This document shows, in pieces, positions 23,875-36,951 of a stretch of DNA of 64,000 nt. Position 1 is the first letter of the stretch, and every line of letters begins with the position of its first letter. Origin of the DNA: Craspedostauros australis. Taxonomy: Eukaryota. Under the pieces are notes generated by a model. It was not told where the DNA came from. It saw only the letters and a list, made by a program, of their open reading frames with translations, and did not search any database. Location: NCBI GenBank assembly GCA_030167865.1, contig JALAGF010003533.1, positions 1 through 64,000 of the forward strand, read 5' to 3'. The position numbers were made by a program, and so were the translations under genes.

Positions 23875-26800
23875 TCACTGGACGGACATCCATTTGTTGG
23901 GAACCGTCACGAAATACTTCTTCATCGCTTTGCTGAAACGAGCTCTGTATAGTGGCGGCTGGATAACCGTCGGCGCTTCGCTGCCAACGACCATGGGCAG
24001 GCTCTTGCCGACGCGCTCCATCTGCTTCAGGATGTCGTACTGCCTCATGAAATCGATGATGCCGACCACAAGTTCCATCCTCTCCTCGTCAATGCCGACC
24101 AGAATGGAATAGTCGAGAACTTTGATCATGCTGAAGAACAGACAGTCCTGTTGAAAAGAGACACAGCAGCAGAAACAGGAGGAACCACATCCGGTAAACC
24201 AAGCGTGCACATGTGTTCGGGAGGACGGTCCGTTTCCGAGACATTCACCGTCCCATGAATCCCAGGCATACGTCCGTGTGGACGGTGGACGGTGGACGGA
24301 GATCGATTGCAAACAGTGAGTGTGATACGATTGGTGCCGAGTGGAGTAAAGTAGAGCGCAGTACAGTACAGTGCCAGCATGTGATACAAAGCGCTCAATG
24401 CACTGTATGGCGCAATGCACGATGCGGGACAGCGCGGCACGGCACGGCACGGCGCCACACGAGACCCCAACTGCACATGCTGACTTACGTTCAGTATACC
24501 GGACTGGAATACATCTTGGAGCATGTTCTTGTCACGATCAATGATTGGCATCGGACGACCTGCGGTGAAGTCCAGGAAGTCTCCGTCAAGCAGGGTGCCG
24601 GTTGACTTCTTGGCTCCTTTCGATGGCTCCTCGTGTGCCGACGTCGTCTGATCAATCGAGCCGTCTCCATGTCTGTTGCGAGAGTTTCTGGCGGCGCTGG
24701 GGTCGTCATTCTTCGAGAACTGATCCGTGTTCCGCCCATCTATTTCCTCGCTGCTTTCCCCGTTGGTATTGTTATTCAAGCTCTGAGAGGCGAAGCGGCC
24801 ACGCAATGAACCCTTGAGATCGAATATCTTCGAAATGTTGCGCTTGTAAAAGATGTTCTGCGGTTCGATGATCGATGATTGTTGAGCGATGGACAGAGAC
24901 AGAGAGAACCGAGTCCAAGGTGTGAGGAACGATGTGGAAGATGCATCGACAGCATGGAATATGTAGAGAGAAGGGGGATGTGGAAGTGAAGGTAAACATC
25001 GAAATAAGAAAGAACGTGGCATGTGCCACGTGGCGCGCCCAACAAATCAGCACGGGGCTGTTCTGGTCAGACCTGCGCATGGGACATGTTTGGACCACTT
25101 CCGAAGGAATAGCTTGTCCAAGGGTGAAGCACCTGCTTCCATTTTTGCTTGTCGATTCGTAAGCCATGCATGACGCTCCACATATAGTATTAGATCTGTG
25201 ATCTAGGCACAACACGCTCCGGAGGATGGAACTCACCTGCATCACGGCCACCGGTTCCATGCTGCGTTTTCCTGTCATGCGGTTATGGTACCCAATCTGG
25301 TACACCCCGACAATTCTGCAAAGCACCGTTGGGCTGGAGTGATGGTAGGCAGTCTCGAATGAGGGAAAATGGTGTGGCGTCATTGTTTTGTGTGTGCGAA
25401 TGGATGGATGGAGTTGAAAGTCAATGAAAGTGAAAATAAAAGTTGGAAGCAACGGCGTGAGATTTGCAAAGCTGTCGTTCACCGCGAAAGGGCCACCTAA
25501 TCCCTGGGCCTGCTCGATTGTGCCTGCGGTGGTTTGCTGCCCATTCTTCAATGATGTTCGGTGGAAGTACTTACACCCCATCAAAGAAAGTCTTTTTCTG
25601 GTATTCGAAGTATGCCGGTGCACAATCCAGGAACATTTGCAGCTCGGTCCTGGAGATGCATTTGATGACGAATCGATCATCTGCCGTTCTCGCAAAGCTG
25701 GCGCCGCTCTTGCCTCCGCTCGTCGCCCAAGAGAAGGCAGAGGACAGGCTCTGCACATAGCCCTCTTCAACGTCAAGTCCAGGTTGGAACCCAAAGGATG
25801 ACTTGTCCTTCCCATTGCCAGGAGAGAGGAATACTTGTCGAACCGCTTGAAACTGTGTGGCCCAATACGTCGTGCAAACAAAACTGCACGAGCTTTGCCC
25901 TTTGCTGTCCACATCGCGAAATGTGTGCTTGACTGCGAATGTGTTGAGCAGTTGTCGTCGTCGTCGTCATCATCGTCATCGTTGTTGTTGCCAGTGTTGC
26001 CGTGGGTGTACGAGTATAAGCACGAGTGTTCGAAAGCGTTACGAGTGTGTGCAGTCGTAGATCAAGTTACGCTGTGAGTACAACTGGTGGGATGAAAGAA
26101 AGGTAGGCTGCCAATTCATGCGGTGCGTACGACTCGGCGTCAAACGTCACATGCAAGGCATTGAACGTGAGGCAAGGATCATACAACACGCGAGACACGT
26201 AGGGAACGGCCAACTCACTGTGCGACTTGTTCCTCATCATCATGCGGCGCACGATGTCTTGTTTATCGTTCTTGTTCAATGAGAAGCCCATAGGTCCTGT
26301 ACCTGATTGTGGCAAATTCGAAGATGATGGTGGCTGCGAGGTGGTACTCGAGTGCTTTTGATGAGCCCGGCTGCGGCTCTGGCTAGATGCGTTGCTGAAG
26401 GTTGATTCGGCGATGGACGACCCCATCTCAGAAAACGTATCGCTCGATGCCGCATCTGATTTCAAGTAGTGCTGGAATTGGTTGGCGTACTCCGTCGACG
26501 ACAGCGAGTAGGCAATGATGGTGCACAGCTGCTCGTCGATCACCGGAATAACAACACCATTCACACCAGGTGGAAGCCGTGGTCTGCCTTCGGTGAAAAC
26601 TCCAAGGTCGACCACGTATGGATCCGATTCCCGACCGCCTCGCGTAAAGAAGCGCGTGAAGGCAGATTTCACGGCCCCGCCTGGCGTCACTTTGCTCATG
26701 CTGGTGACAGTGTGAGTCGATATGGTGTCAGGTATGGATGATCTGTCGTGAGACGACCTGGAAAGGTGCTCATCTGTGCGCCGTGCGCCAGGTCCCTTCC

Positions 26801-29800
26801 GCGGCCTCTGCGTGCTGCTATCTGTGGGCGACAGGGCACCGCCTGGGGACTTGGTCAATCGCCGCCGTGAAGCAAGCACGTCTGCGTCAACCCCATCTTC
26901 AAAATCGATGTTGCCGTCCGGGTCTTCAAAGTCATCGCCGTACTCCGTCTCCGAACGCCCGCCCGTTCCATGGATGCTCGGCATGACTGTGGTGATGTTC
27001 GCTATGTTGTATTGAGAGTATGCGTCGTGCGGCTGCCGTAGCCGTCGGATTCCTTCATAGAGGTCCTCGTTGTGGTCGCTTGCGATGGCCGGTACGTTCT
27101 GTGTCATGACGCCGTCGCTGCGCTGTGATGAGGAGGTTGATAACTTCTTCATGGCAACAATCGCCTGACCGGCAGCGCTCAGCTTCTCATTCCAAGCCGT
27201 GCACAGAGTGAAGAGGTATCGGCGCGCTGACCACGGGAAGTGGTACGGCACTTCCGACATGATTGGCCCGTCATGCTGCAAGCACTTCGAGGACACGGAG
27301 GCAATCTTTTCCTGCAGAACCTTGGCGGCATGATCCACTTCGGAGCTGATCCGGTTGAGCTCCGATAGCAGCGTCTGCAGATGATCTGGCCTGTGCGAGC
27401 CTCCGTACAACGACCGCGCCTCGCGGGTCACCTTGCCAATGTGCTTGTCGAATTTGACGAACAGGCGAGACGAGGCGATCGAGATGTGCTCCAGCTGGCG
27501 CTGTGCTTCGGTCTGATGGAATCTGTGGTCGATGGGAAGTGACTTCCTCACGAAGGCATTGAACGGTTGAATCCGCTCGAAGCTGAACCGAGCGGCAAGG
27601 CTGCCGCGACCAAAGAACAGTACACCAGCCGATTGCAAGTCGCAAGAGCATCCATACTCCGATCCGTTCAATACTACTGAACGGTTGTAAAAGAATGACT
27701 TTGGGTGTGTGCAAGAGCGAAGTGACATGCAGGTCAATTTGGATGGGGTGTGGCAGGTGTATTGCATGGTATGCAGGTGCATACCGAGAACACCCATGGA
27801 AGGAGATGAAACGAGGTGCGAGTATCGGCCAGACCAGCAGGCAGCAATGAAGTTCAGTGTTAATGCCAGTGATAGAGAGCAAAAGCGAGGAACCACCCCT
27901 CGCCAAATCGTTCAGATAGTCAGCCGTCAAGCTGCGACTTCGAAAGGAATCGAAGCCGAGGGCAGAAGTGCTGCTCCGAGACAGAACACTGCGATGCATA
28001 GTGTACTAATACATTTGCGCCGTAAGAGTAGTCAACTCACCTCCAAGAATTTGCCAAACGAGTACTTCCACGTATTCTCAGAGAGGAAGACAAGCGGAGT
28101 CACCACCTTGCGACAGTTCTTGCAATACGTCCACGTCGCGATGCTGCCGTCTTCGTCGTCGTCGGCGCTGCCATCCCGATCATCGGAAGTATCGTCTGTC
28201 TTTCTTGCAGTCGAATTTGGAGCGGCGGGCAACGGTTCCTCCAGCTGTTCCGTCGATATGTTGACGATGCCATCGTTATGGAAGAAAGACTGAGAATGAT
28301 CCAAGAGCGACTTTTTGCACGCCGTGCTCTGGCATTTCCGTGAAAGATCGAAGCAAAAGACTCGCAGATACTGTCCCAAAGACGCATCTGTGTCCGAGTA
28401 GTAGCGAATACCATTGAGTTCGGCTGGGCAGCACTGGGCTTTGTCCGCCCTGTGGCGACAGCGGAAAAAGCAAGCAAGGTCGCAGGTAGGCGACCATCCG
28501 CACCACCGACAAGAGTTTGCATTCGGCCAAGCAAACGATGGTATGCATCAGTGGGGTGTTTTGAAGAATGACACGCAAAAGAGCGTTAGTATGGCACATC
28601 AATGAAGCGACGAGGGCTGAGCCGTCTGTTGGAGGAGAGCTATTCCGAGAGCACGTCGTGACCATCGCGCTCGTTCAGATGACGATTGCCCGCTGCTTTC
28701 TGGTGACGCACGCAGAGAGCACAGGCGGTTCCCCACGAATATTTGCCAGACAAGCGCATGAAACAATCGTAGCCATTGCCCACGTATTCGCCCGTTGTTA
28801 CTACACACACTGCCCAGGCATTTCACGCGCAATATCAACGCTCGCATTCGTACTTACATCCAAATCGAGGTGACCAGAATGCTTTGGTGATCATACGGCG
28901 TCACCTTTCCGCTCAATGATTCTTGCCCACTGTCATTGCTTGATCCGCCGTTCCACGGTCGGACTTGACGACCTCCCGAAGGTTGGCCGTAGTCCACGCA
29001 CAGCGAAGAGCTGTATAGATGTCTTTGCTCCAGGGTGAATCCTGGCTTGAGCTTGGCGCAGCGATCTTTCAGATAGCATGTCTCCAGTTTCAGGTTGTAT
29101 GCGACATTGATCAAGAACCTTAGCACCCGTTTGACCTGCTTCAGAGCAGCACGACTTGCTCCACGGAGGACGACTGTGCAGCCCAAATGGGAGGGGCATC
29201 CTTCGATCAGGATGTAACTCTGGCAGATCCTTCTGTCGGCAAGTCCGCGTTCGACGGCGTTCATGCCCTCCATCATGCCCTCTCCCAGCATTTTGGCTGC
29301 CAGTGCTGCCTGGTGTTCGTGCGTTTGCACGCTTTCATCTGAGATGATTGTGTCGAAGTTTTTGCGCGATTCATGCATCGTCCCGGCATTGCTGGTGCCA
29401 CACCACACATCGTTGTCTCTCGCAACCACGAAGCGGAATCGGTTGCACCTGCCCAACGCCTTCGCGTTGAATTGCTTCATGATGTACTCCGTGTTGCTGA
29501 TGATGGTCGCACCTGTGAGCCGCGCAAGACGCTTCAGGATCTTCTCCTTGACGTGCTGAACGAGAACGACTTTGGCCTGCAAAAGGAGTTCCTGAGCACG
29601 TCTGCTGACTGCCCGACCGACGAATAGGACATCGGGCTTGATTTTCAAGATCCGGCCCACAAGGATCTCCATGTATTTTTCCTCCTGTTCCAACAGCGTA
29701 TCCAGTGACGCGATCCTGTTCTCCGTCCTCGTGAATTCTATCCCACCGCTGATGAGCATGATCTTTGGATTCTCGATTTCCTTCGCCATCTTCTTGTGGC

Positions 29801-32372
29801 CAATCGTTTTGCGGAATAGCAGACCGCTGATATATGCACAGTCGCTCAATGGTCCACCAGGGATGACTGCTCAATAAAGAGGTGGTCGAAGTTTGGAACA
29901 CATAGACCGAGGTTGTACAGAGGTTGCACAGAGGTTGATGAAAGGAAGAAAGAAGGGGTAAGATTGAATGTGCTTGAGGGAGATTGAAAGCCGGCCCTCA
30001 ATACGCTGGCATTTCCACAACGACAACGACGAGTAGTGTTAGCTGAGAGACGCACCCTTGATCTTGCAGTGCGGGCGAATATCGAGAGAGTCATCTTTTC
30101 GGATATCGGGATTGACAGTTGCACAGCAGCGCGTCGCGAGCATCATGATTTTGTCGATCATCTGGCTCCAAAGGATGCGCTCCCCGTCCTTCCCCAGCCG
30201 AAGTTGCGTCGCCTGCTCCGCCAGATCTTTCTTGAGCATCGGGGCTTCGGTTTTCAGCAAGAGCTTGCCCATGCGCTCAAGGTGCTCGGCAGCGAGGGCC
30301 CCAAGTTCTCGATTCGCTTGCGCGAAACTCTGCTGTTGTCCACGAGGCTCTGAGTTTGGTTGCGCCTGCGGTTCGCCTTCTGCCGACTTTTCTTCTCCCC
30401 AGATGACTTCCTGAGACGGGGGTGTTGCGCTTCTGCTATCTGTTGCCTTGGCCTTTGGCGTCGTCGATGCTGCCGTCGATGCTCTTGCCGATGTGTTTGC
30501 TTTTGCTCTTGGGGTCCGTGGCGTTGCTACTGCTGGAGTTGTTCCACCTAGTGTTGCTGGTGTTGTAGCTGCTGTTGCAGCTGCTGTTGTAGTCGCATTT
30601 GCCTCATTGAATTTCTTCATCAGCAGGGACAGGCCGGAGTCGCTGAGATCGATGAGTCGATCTACCCGAGGCACAAATGTGTGGCGATTGTGTGGGCCGG
30701 CATTATTCTGATTTGATGTCTCCGATGATAGCGGAGTGCCTCCGCTCCTGTTGCCGGTGCCACTGTTGTTGGTGCCGTTACCGTTGATGTTAGTGTTGTG
30801 GCTGTTATGGTTGCCGCTGCTGTTGACGCCGATATTGCCGGTGCTGCCACCAGTACTGGCACTCCCTTCCGTGCGATCGCTGGCGGAAGTGGGTTCATCT
30901 TTTTTCTTTTTCTTCCGATAGCCGTCCGATGCCGCAGCTTCCTCGATGCGTTTTTGTTGAGCGGTGATTTGTTCGTGGCACATTTTGCAGATTCTGAGGA
31001 TCGTTTTCGTGTTCCTGCTGGTTGATGTGGGTGAACGGTCCTTCCCGGGATCGTCCAGCTGGTTCATGAGGTTGGATGGGACAAAGTATCCCGAACATGT
31101 GTTGCAAAACACCTGACCGCAGATGCGACAATGATGACGCCGTCGAAACACGGTGAAGGGCGTGTCACAAGCGTAGCACTGCTTGCAAAACTGATCAGGC
31201 ATCCAATGCTGCCTGTCATCATGAAATGTGAGCTTTTCGCTTTTGCTGCTGACACCTGATGTGCCACTCTTCGCGCTTGTCTCGGCGAGTGTCGATGGTA
31301 GCACCTGATGGACTTTCAAGCGAGAGATCGAGGTCCTCGGTTGTGGATCGCCAGGCGCGTCAGCCTCGACTTCCTTCGACGATTGGTGTGGCAGGATTGA
31401 GAAACGCTGCTTCTGCGACATGACGTTCTCAATCAACGCACGATCTCTGCTTGGTGCTGGGTCCAATGCCGGAGGCGATGGGGACACCATCGTTGCTATC
31501 GGCGGGCGAACGCCGGTGTGGTAATAGCAGGCTTCGATCCAGTTTTCCATGAACCGTCGATGTCGTTCATCAGCCAGCGCTCGAGGGTCGTCGAAGTAGG
31601 CGGAATTTCCGTTCCCGTTGACGTTTCTGCTGCCATCGTACTCGTACATCCGCCACCTATCCTCGGGTGATTTAACAAGTTCGGCATTCCTCAACTTTGA
31701 GATGTGCCTTGATCCGTCAAACCTCGCGCCTACATTGGCATCGGCATTGTCCAAGTCTACGTCCGCATTCGCATTCGTATTCGTATTCATGTTCGCGTTG
31801 CGATTGATGTTGACGTTGACGTTCGCGCGCGATGGGGGCACGCCCCGAGTGCTTGTTGGGTCCTTCCAAAGCAACATCTGGTTGCCCTCCCACTGGTTGT
31901 ACGCCACGATCTTGTCCTTGCTGCCATTTGCGGTGCCATCTGTCTTGTAGCTTGGATCTTGGATGGACATGGCACCATCAGCCGATTCCACCAGCGAAGG
32001 CAGCAAGGCGTCCTCCTCCTTCTCTGCTTCTTCCAGCTCTTTCTGCTTCAGCATCATTTCTCTCTGCTGCTGCGGGTTAGGGATGTTGCTTGTACCACCG
32101 AGGAGCCAATCCGCTGTCGGGTTCAGCTGGTTGGCGTTCTGCGCCTGGCTGTGGCTGCCATAGGGTGGGAACTCCACGAACGGTTGGTCATCATCGTCGT
32201 CTTCGGCTTCCACCATGCTTGCGTCGTCCTCAAACACATGCGAGGATTGCGACAGAGACTGATCCTGCTGCTGCCGTTTGCGGTTTGCTTGTGCTGTAGT
32301 GGTGTTCTTTGGGGGCCTTCGACCTGAGCTGCCGCTGCTGCCCTTGTCCAGCCAAGGCAATGGATGCATCAT
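23875..32372 (-). CDS. FAB1: Phosphatidylinositol-3-phosphate 5-kinase FAB1/PIKfyve; exons 32372-30056, 29866-28858, 28449-28041, 27698-26219, 25932-25575, 25333-25237, 24857-24489, 24147-23875; about 2103 aa
   Basis: FYVE domain ([18 protein letters not shown]), CCT-like domain (K|VIPGG, HKKM) and Cys-rich region. PIPK motifs [21 protein letters not shown] and GIIDFMRQY. The eight exons sum to a multiple of 3. Confidence 0.95.
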
Positions 32373-33409
32373 GCTCTTCTCCACGAGTATTGTCAAACAA
32401 GTGCGGTGCCTACACGCGAACAGAGACTCGACGATCAATGAAGAAGCAGGGAAGATGCGACGACGTGAGACGTGTGCGCAAAAGCGGAGCGTTCTGCTCG
32501 TGTCAGATTTCGCCGCGACGAGTTTCCGTCATTGTCCGCGCCTTGTCATGTTGTCCACAGCGCGTTGTTGCGATATTGAATCGGACAAGTCGAACCGGAA
32601 GATTTGGGTCGAAGAAAGTCCCAACCTGTGATTCTTCGATCAAACCAAACGTGTGATGAATTGAATTGCACCCAACAACGGATGGAAAATGATCCGGGAC
32701 ACACTACAACGAGCACAAATCGCATGCACCACGAACCAGCGTTGCTGCCTTCCCCGCAAGAGCAGAGCGATACAGAGTTGGCGGAAGCGAACGCAGAACA
32801 AATACGAGCCGGACATGCATTGTCCTTCGATGGAGGACACAGGCAGCAGGCAGCAGGCAGCATCTCGTCGATAATACTTGCATTCTTAATTAAGTCAAGC
32901 TGCTTCCGCAATGTGGTTGTTTTGTGCTTGTTTTTGCGGAGAGCACGCTATTCTATGCTGCCTCTCGATGCAGTAACCGTAGCAACAGCGACACTACCAC
33001 CACCCGAGCAACAACGACGACGACGACGACGATGATGTGTTCTGCGTGTGTTTTCTTTTGCGGAGACATGCCTCTCCCCCTGTTGCGACGACCAGTGTTG
33101 CTCCAGGGGTCCTGCAAGTGTGGGAGAAGGTGCTCAGGTTTGCCTTCTCAGAGTCGTGTGGAGGTCCTGCTAGCACATGGTGGCCGTGCGCTCGGTCTCC
33201 AGTCAGTGCTATGGCCATCTGCATTTGAGTGCATGTGTGTATGCGTGTGCGTGTGTGTCGTTGTTCATGCGTGGCTGGAGGTGCTTTCGCCGTTTATTTT
33301 TCTTCTCTTCTCTGTCTTCGTTTCTGGTTCGTTCCTGATTTGGTAACAATCGCAATTGGCCCTTCACTCAAAGCGGTTCATAATGGCAGTCCAATTCCGC
33401 CGGTCTTCC

Positions 33410-33990
33410 TTACTGCTGTTTCCTTGGATACGGAAGGTTGTGCGGTTGATCGGAGTACGGGTGCGGTCTCTTCCAGCCCCACGGCGGAGCGAGAAAGGTG
33501 ATCAGGAATGCACCAGCGACGACACCAACTGCTACGAGTTTGTGCTCTGGGTAGAGGTAGAGGCTGAAAGGCAGCAAGAACAGAAGAGTGCTTGCCAAAT
33601 TCAGGAGCAGTGATTTTATGTCATACTGCGTTGATGCTACGTCGACAGCGTTTGTCGTATTGATGTGCAGCACAGTCCGTCGTCATTGGTTTTCGCGATT
33701 GAGCAACGTCGCCGTTTCGGATGCATCGATCGAAGGATCAAGTGTCATTTTCGGGAGTCGATGTGTGCAGACGGAGGAAGGTCGGTTCCACGTGAAAGAA
33801 GGAGAGAGACAAAGAAAGTGATTACCAAGTCCTGTGAGTTGTGGCGGCGATGGCAATGGTGACTGTTGCACAGTACGCGTACGTATGATTTGCATTCCTC
33901 ACGTCGCCAACGTGCACACTCATGAAGTCGCATTCTGGACGTGATATCCTTCTCAACTTTGCTGTCCGTACCATACGAGTCGCCCGCCAT
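33410..33990 (-). CDS. Small spliced two-TM orphan protein; exons 33990-33883, 33625-33410; 107 aa
   Basis: ATG exon ends at donor GTACGC and joins in phase 0 at acceptor ACGCAG to an exon with two hydrophobic segments. An AC-rich leader lies upstream, as for other genes here. Confidence 0.6.
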
Positions 33991-35587
33991 TGTCGTGAAT
34001 GTGATCCTTGATTCCTTTGGTGTTTCGTGCGTCCTGCTTTGGTTGCTTCGCTTCTCTGTGCTTTGTGAATTGAATTGTGGGCTCTGTTTCCTCGCTCTCT
34101 GGTGTGAATGAGTGATTGCTCCGTTGTCTGGTTGTGGTTGAGTGAGAAGTCTGGGATTGTGATCGGGGCCTCTCTGTGCGTTTCTGTTGATGATGTGCTG
34201 GAGTGTTCCAATTTTTGTGGACGATGTGGATGATGTGGATGATGTTGATGTTGGGGACATTCGTTCGTCACACATCTTGCAGAGACGTCTGAAAATTCAT
34301 CAATCATTCCGTTTAGTCGAACTTCGAAATGGCGTGTCTAGATTTCATTTGGAGCACACTTCGAAACGAGATTAGGAGTGGGGTTTGAAAATGGCCTCGC
34401 TGCTCCACCTCCTCGCGAGAGGAAAGGGATCTGATGAGAGTGTTGAATGAACCGCGCTTCCATTTCAACAACATTCAACCAACAATATATGTAGTAGGAG
34501 CAATTGGAGAGGAACTGCGCAACACGTACTGCTTGGAGACTCCATTTTGCTTGCGCCATGCTCTGCTCTGGTATCTGCAAGTGCGCCATTGCTTGGATCG
34601 CAAGAAGCTGAAATGTGCGATACGCTCGCCTGAAAGCAACTCTTTCTGCACACCACTCTATCATTCTTAAAGCCACACTATGGAGAGTGTGCTTCTTATC
34701 CCTCCTGGCCCAATTCTGGGATCCAGCAGCAAAGGATGATTGGAAAAGGAGGCACTGTTGTTTGCAACAGGAAGCACATGGACTCTCTCCAGAATTCACT
34801 CCGATCATGCCTCAGAACAACCAGCCCGATTGAAATTATCCACTCTTCTTTCTCTGCATACGTCGATTCCATACCAACGCGCTTCCTTGCGCAATGGAGA
34901 TACCTTGGGGAGAGGATGCCCAAGATTTCTGCTCCACCATCATCACCAACAGCCTCACGGTATCATTCCCATTGCAGCGTGTGCGAACCTCTTGCGCGTT
35001 CCCATAGAGCAAAGCGTTGACAAGCACACACGTAGGTAGGGGAGTGATGTCAACCTCTGAAAAGGTAGACTTTTGCTGGCATCCAAGTCAATCCTCGTCT
35101 ATTTCTCGCCTGCATCCCAGACTGTTTCCATCCCATCCAGGGGCTGCGATATCGTGTGGTACATTCTCCATCTATCTGCTGCTCGAACGCGGAATTTGGC
35201 TCTACAGATATCACAGATACGGTTACAGTGATGCAGACTGACAGTGGAATAAGTCCTCCGGAGCATGCTCGAGCAGTAGCAATACTATCTGACCCACCGA
35301 CCTGCGGTGAACAGCATGAGAATTGCGGAGGGAGGACTTTCGAAGATTGGGTCATGAGCCACGGAACGCAAATTCGGCGCAGTTCTCAATTGCCACCACC
35401 ACCACTCTCTCCACCTTGCGCCAACAAGTTGGCGACGATGGCGAACACGCCAATCCAGACACGGTCGCACCGCTCATCGCTCCCAGGGAGTCTCCATTCC
35501 AAACACCACAAGCTTGTTCCTCCACTTCGCTCTTTGCGCAGCATAACATCGTGGCTTTCAACGCTGCTAATCCTCGCGCCGCACAAG

Positions 35588-36697
35588 ATGGAGAACACGG
35601 CCCAGCTTCTGTACAAGCCCATCTTGGTCTCCATCCGCAACCTGATCGAGCTGATCCAAAAGAATGGCAACGCGAAGCAGGCACCGGCGCAGCTTTCGCA
35701 CTACCGCGCCGACTTTCCACCCGCTGTGACGGAAGGATACGATCTGCTCACGCAGGGCGCGGAATTGATCCACGCTACGTCCACGAAGTACACGCTGGTG
35801 GGCAAGGTGTCGCAGGAGGAGCAGCAGCAATCGACCTCGAAGGACCTGCTGCGAGGCTGCGAGCTCATCGGCACGGCGACGTTGGTGCTTCTGGAGGAGT
35901 CGTCGGGATGTGCGCGGTCGTCGCGGTACGCCGTGAGCCGGGCGTCTTTGTCGGTGCTCGTCAACGTGCAGCGGCTCGTGGAAAGCTTCGCGGATGCAAC
36001 GGCGTTGGAAGGAACCGTCGGCGCGCAAAAGACGGGTGCGGTGTGGCAATCGTGCGACTATGTCATCAAGCGCATGATGCCGCGCGGCAATCGCAACGCC
36101 ATGCGCCGCGATCTATTTTCATGGACCAAAGACTGCCAGGAGACGATGACTGAATTCCAGGAGATGATCGAATTGGGGCCGCTGGAAGAGCCCGATGCTT
36201 CAGCGCTGCAGCAGCCTGACGAGGACGAGGACGACTTCTTCGACGGAGATGGCGACAAGTACACCGAAGATGAAATGCAAGTCGCCAAGGCATGCATCCC
36301 CATCCTCAGGTGTTCGAAGGGCACCATGAATGCAACGCTGCAAGCATGCGAATGCTTGGGCGAAGCGTCTCAAGATGAAGCCCAAAAGGACACGCACCTC
36401 AATGCCATCAGCCAGCTCGTCGAGCTCGCACGCGAGGTTGGTGTGGGCGTCACCGATTTTGGATCGTCGCTGTATCCGCCGCTCGTTGCCGACGGGAACC
36501 TGCAACAAATTCAACGGCTAGGCGAGAAGCAATGCCAAGCAATCACGGCCGTTCACAACATCATCATTGGAAATGAGAAGATCGCCTCAGACACTGTCGG
36601 TCTGTCGAATCGGATCTTGTCAGCCATGCACTCACGCGAAGCAGAACTGGTGCTGGCAATACAAAACCTCATGGCGAAGCAGACCAGCGGCAGATGA
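35588..36697 (+). CDS. Cyclin-D1-binding protein 1 (GCIP) family protein
   Basis: Helical protein with QKTGAVWQSCD..MPRGNRNAMRR, an acidic linker and VTDFGSSLYPP. Probable ATG at 35588. Confidence 0.75.
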   Translation: MENTAQLLYKPILVSIRNLIELIQKNGNAKQAPAQLSHYRADFPPAVTEGYDLLTQGAELIHATSTKYTLVGKVSQEEQQQSTSKDLLRGCELIGTATLVLLEESSGCARSSRYAVSRASLSVLVNVQRLVESFADATALEGTVGAQKTGAVWQSCDYVIKRMMPRGNRNAMRRDLFSWTKDCQETMTEFQEMIELGPLEEPDASALQQPDEDEDDFFDGDGDKYTEDEMQVAKACIPILRCSKGTMNATLQACECLGEASQDEAQKDTHLNAISQLVELAREVGVGVTDFGSSLYPPLVADGNLQQIQRLGEKQCQAITAVHNIIIGNEKIASDTVGLSNRILSAMHSREAELVLAIQNLMAKQTSGR

Positions 36698-36918
36698 CAG
36701 CCCTATTGAATACTTGTAGACTAGAGCAAGTGGATTGATGGATGCGACTCAGCTCTACATACTTGTGAATAGTGCACAATAGAAGTACTCTGGCTGTGCG
36801 TGCGTGTGTGCGAGGGCTCGCGGAGCATTTGGCACACGGAACGGATGATATAGATTTGCCACATCGCATGACATACTCGTGTGCTACATCCATTTAAGTT
36901 CGGATAGAGCACCCGTGC

Positions 36919-36942
36919 TGAGAGAGAGAGAGAGAGAGAGAG
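36919..36942. repeat. (GA)n microsatellite between convergent 3' ends
   Basis: About 11 GA units. Confidence 0.9.
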
Positions 36943-36951
36943 TAGAATGCC

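Noticed and set aside
34338-35100. Cluster of short ORFs, possible decayed element
   Set aside because: No recognisable transposase or other motif and no terminal repeats seen.
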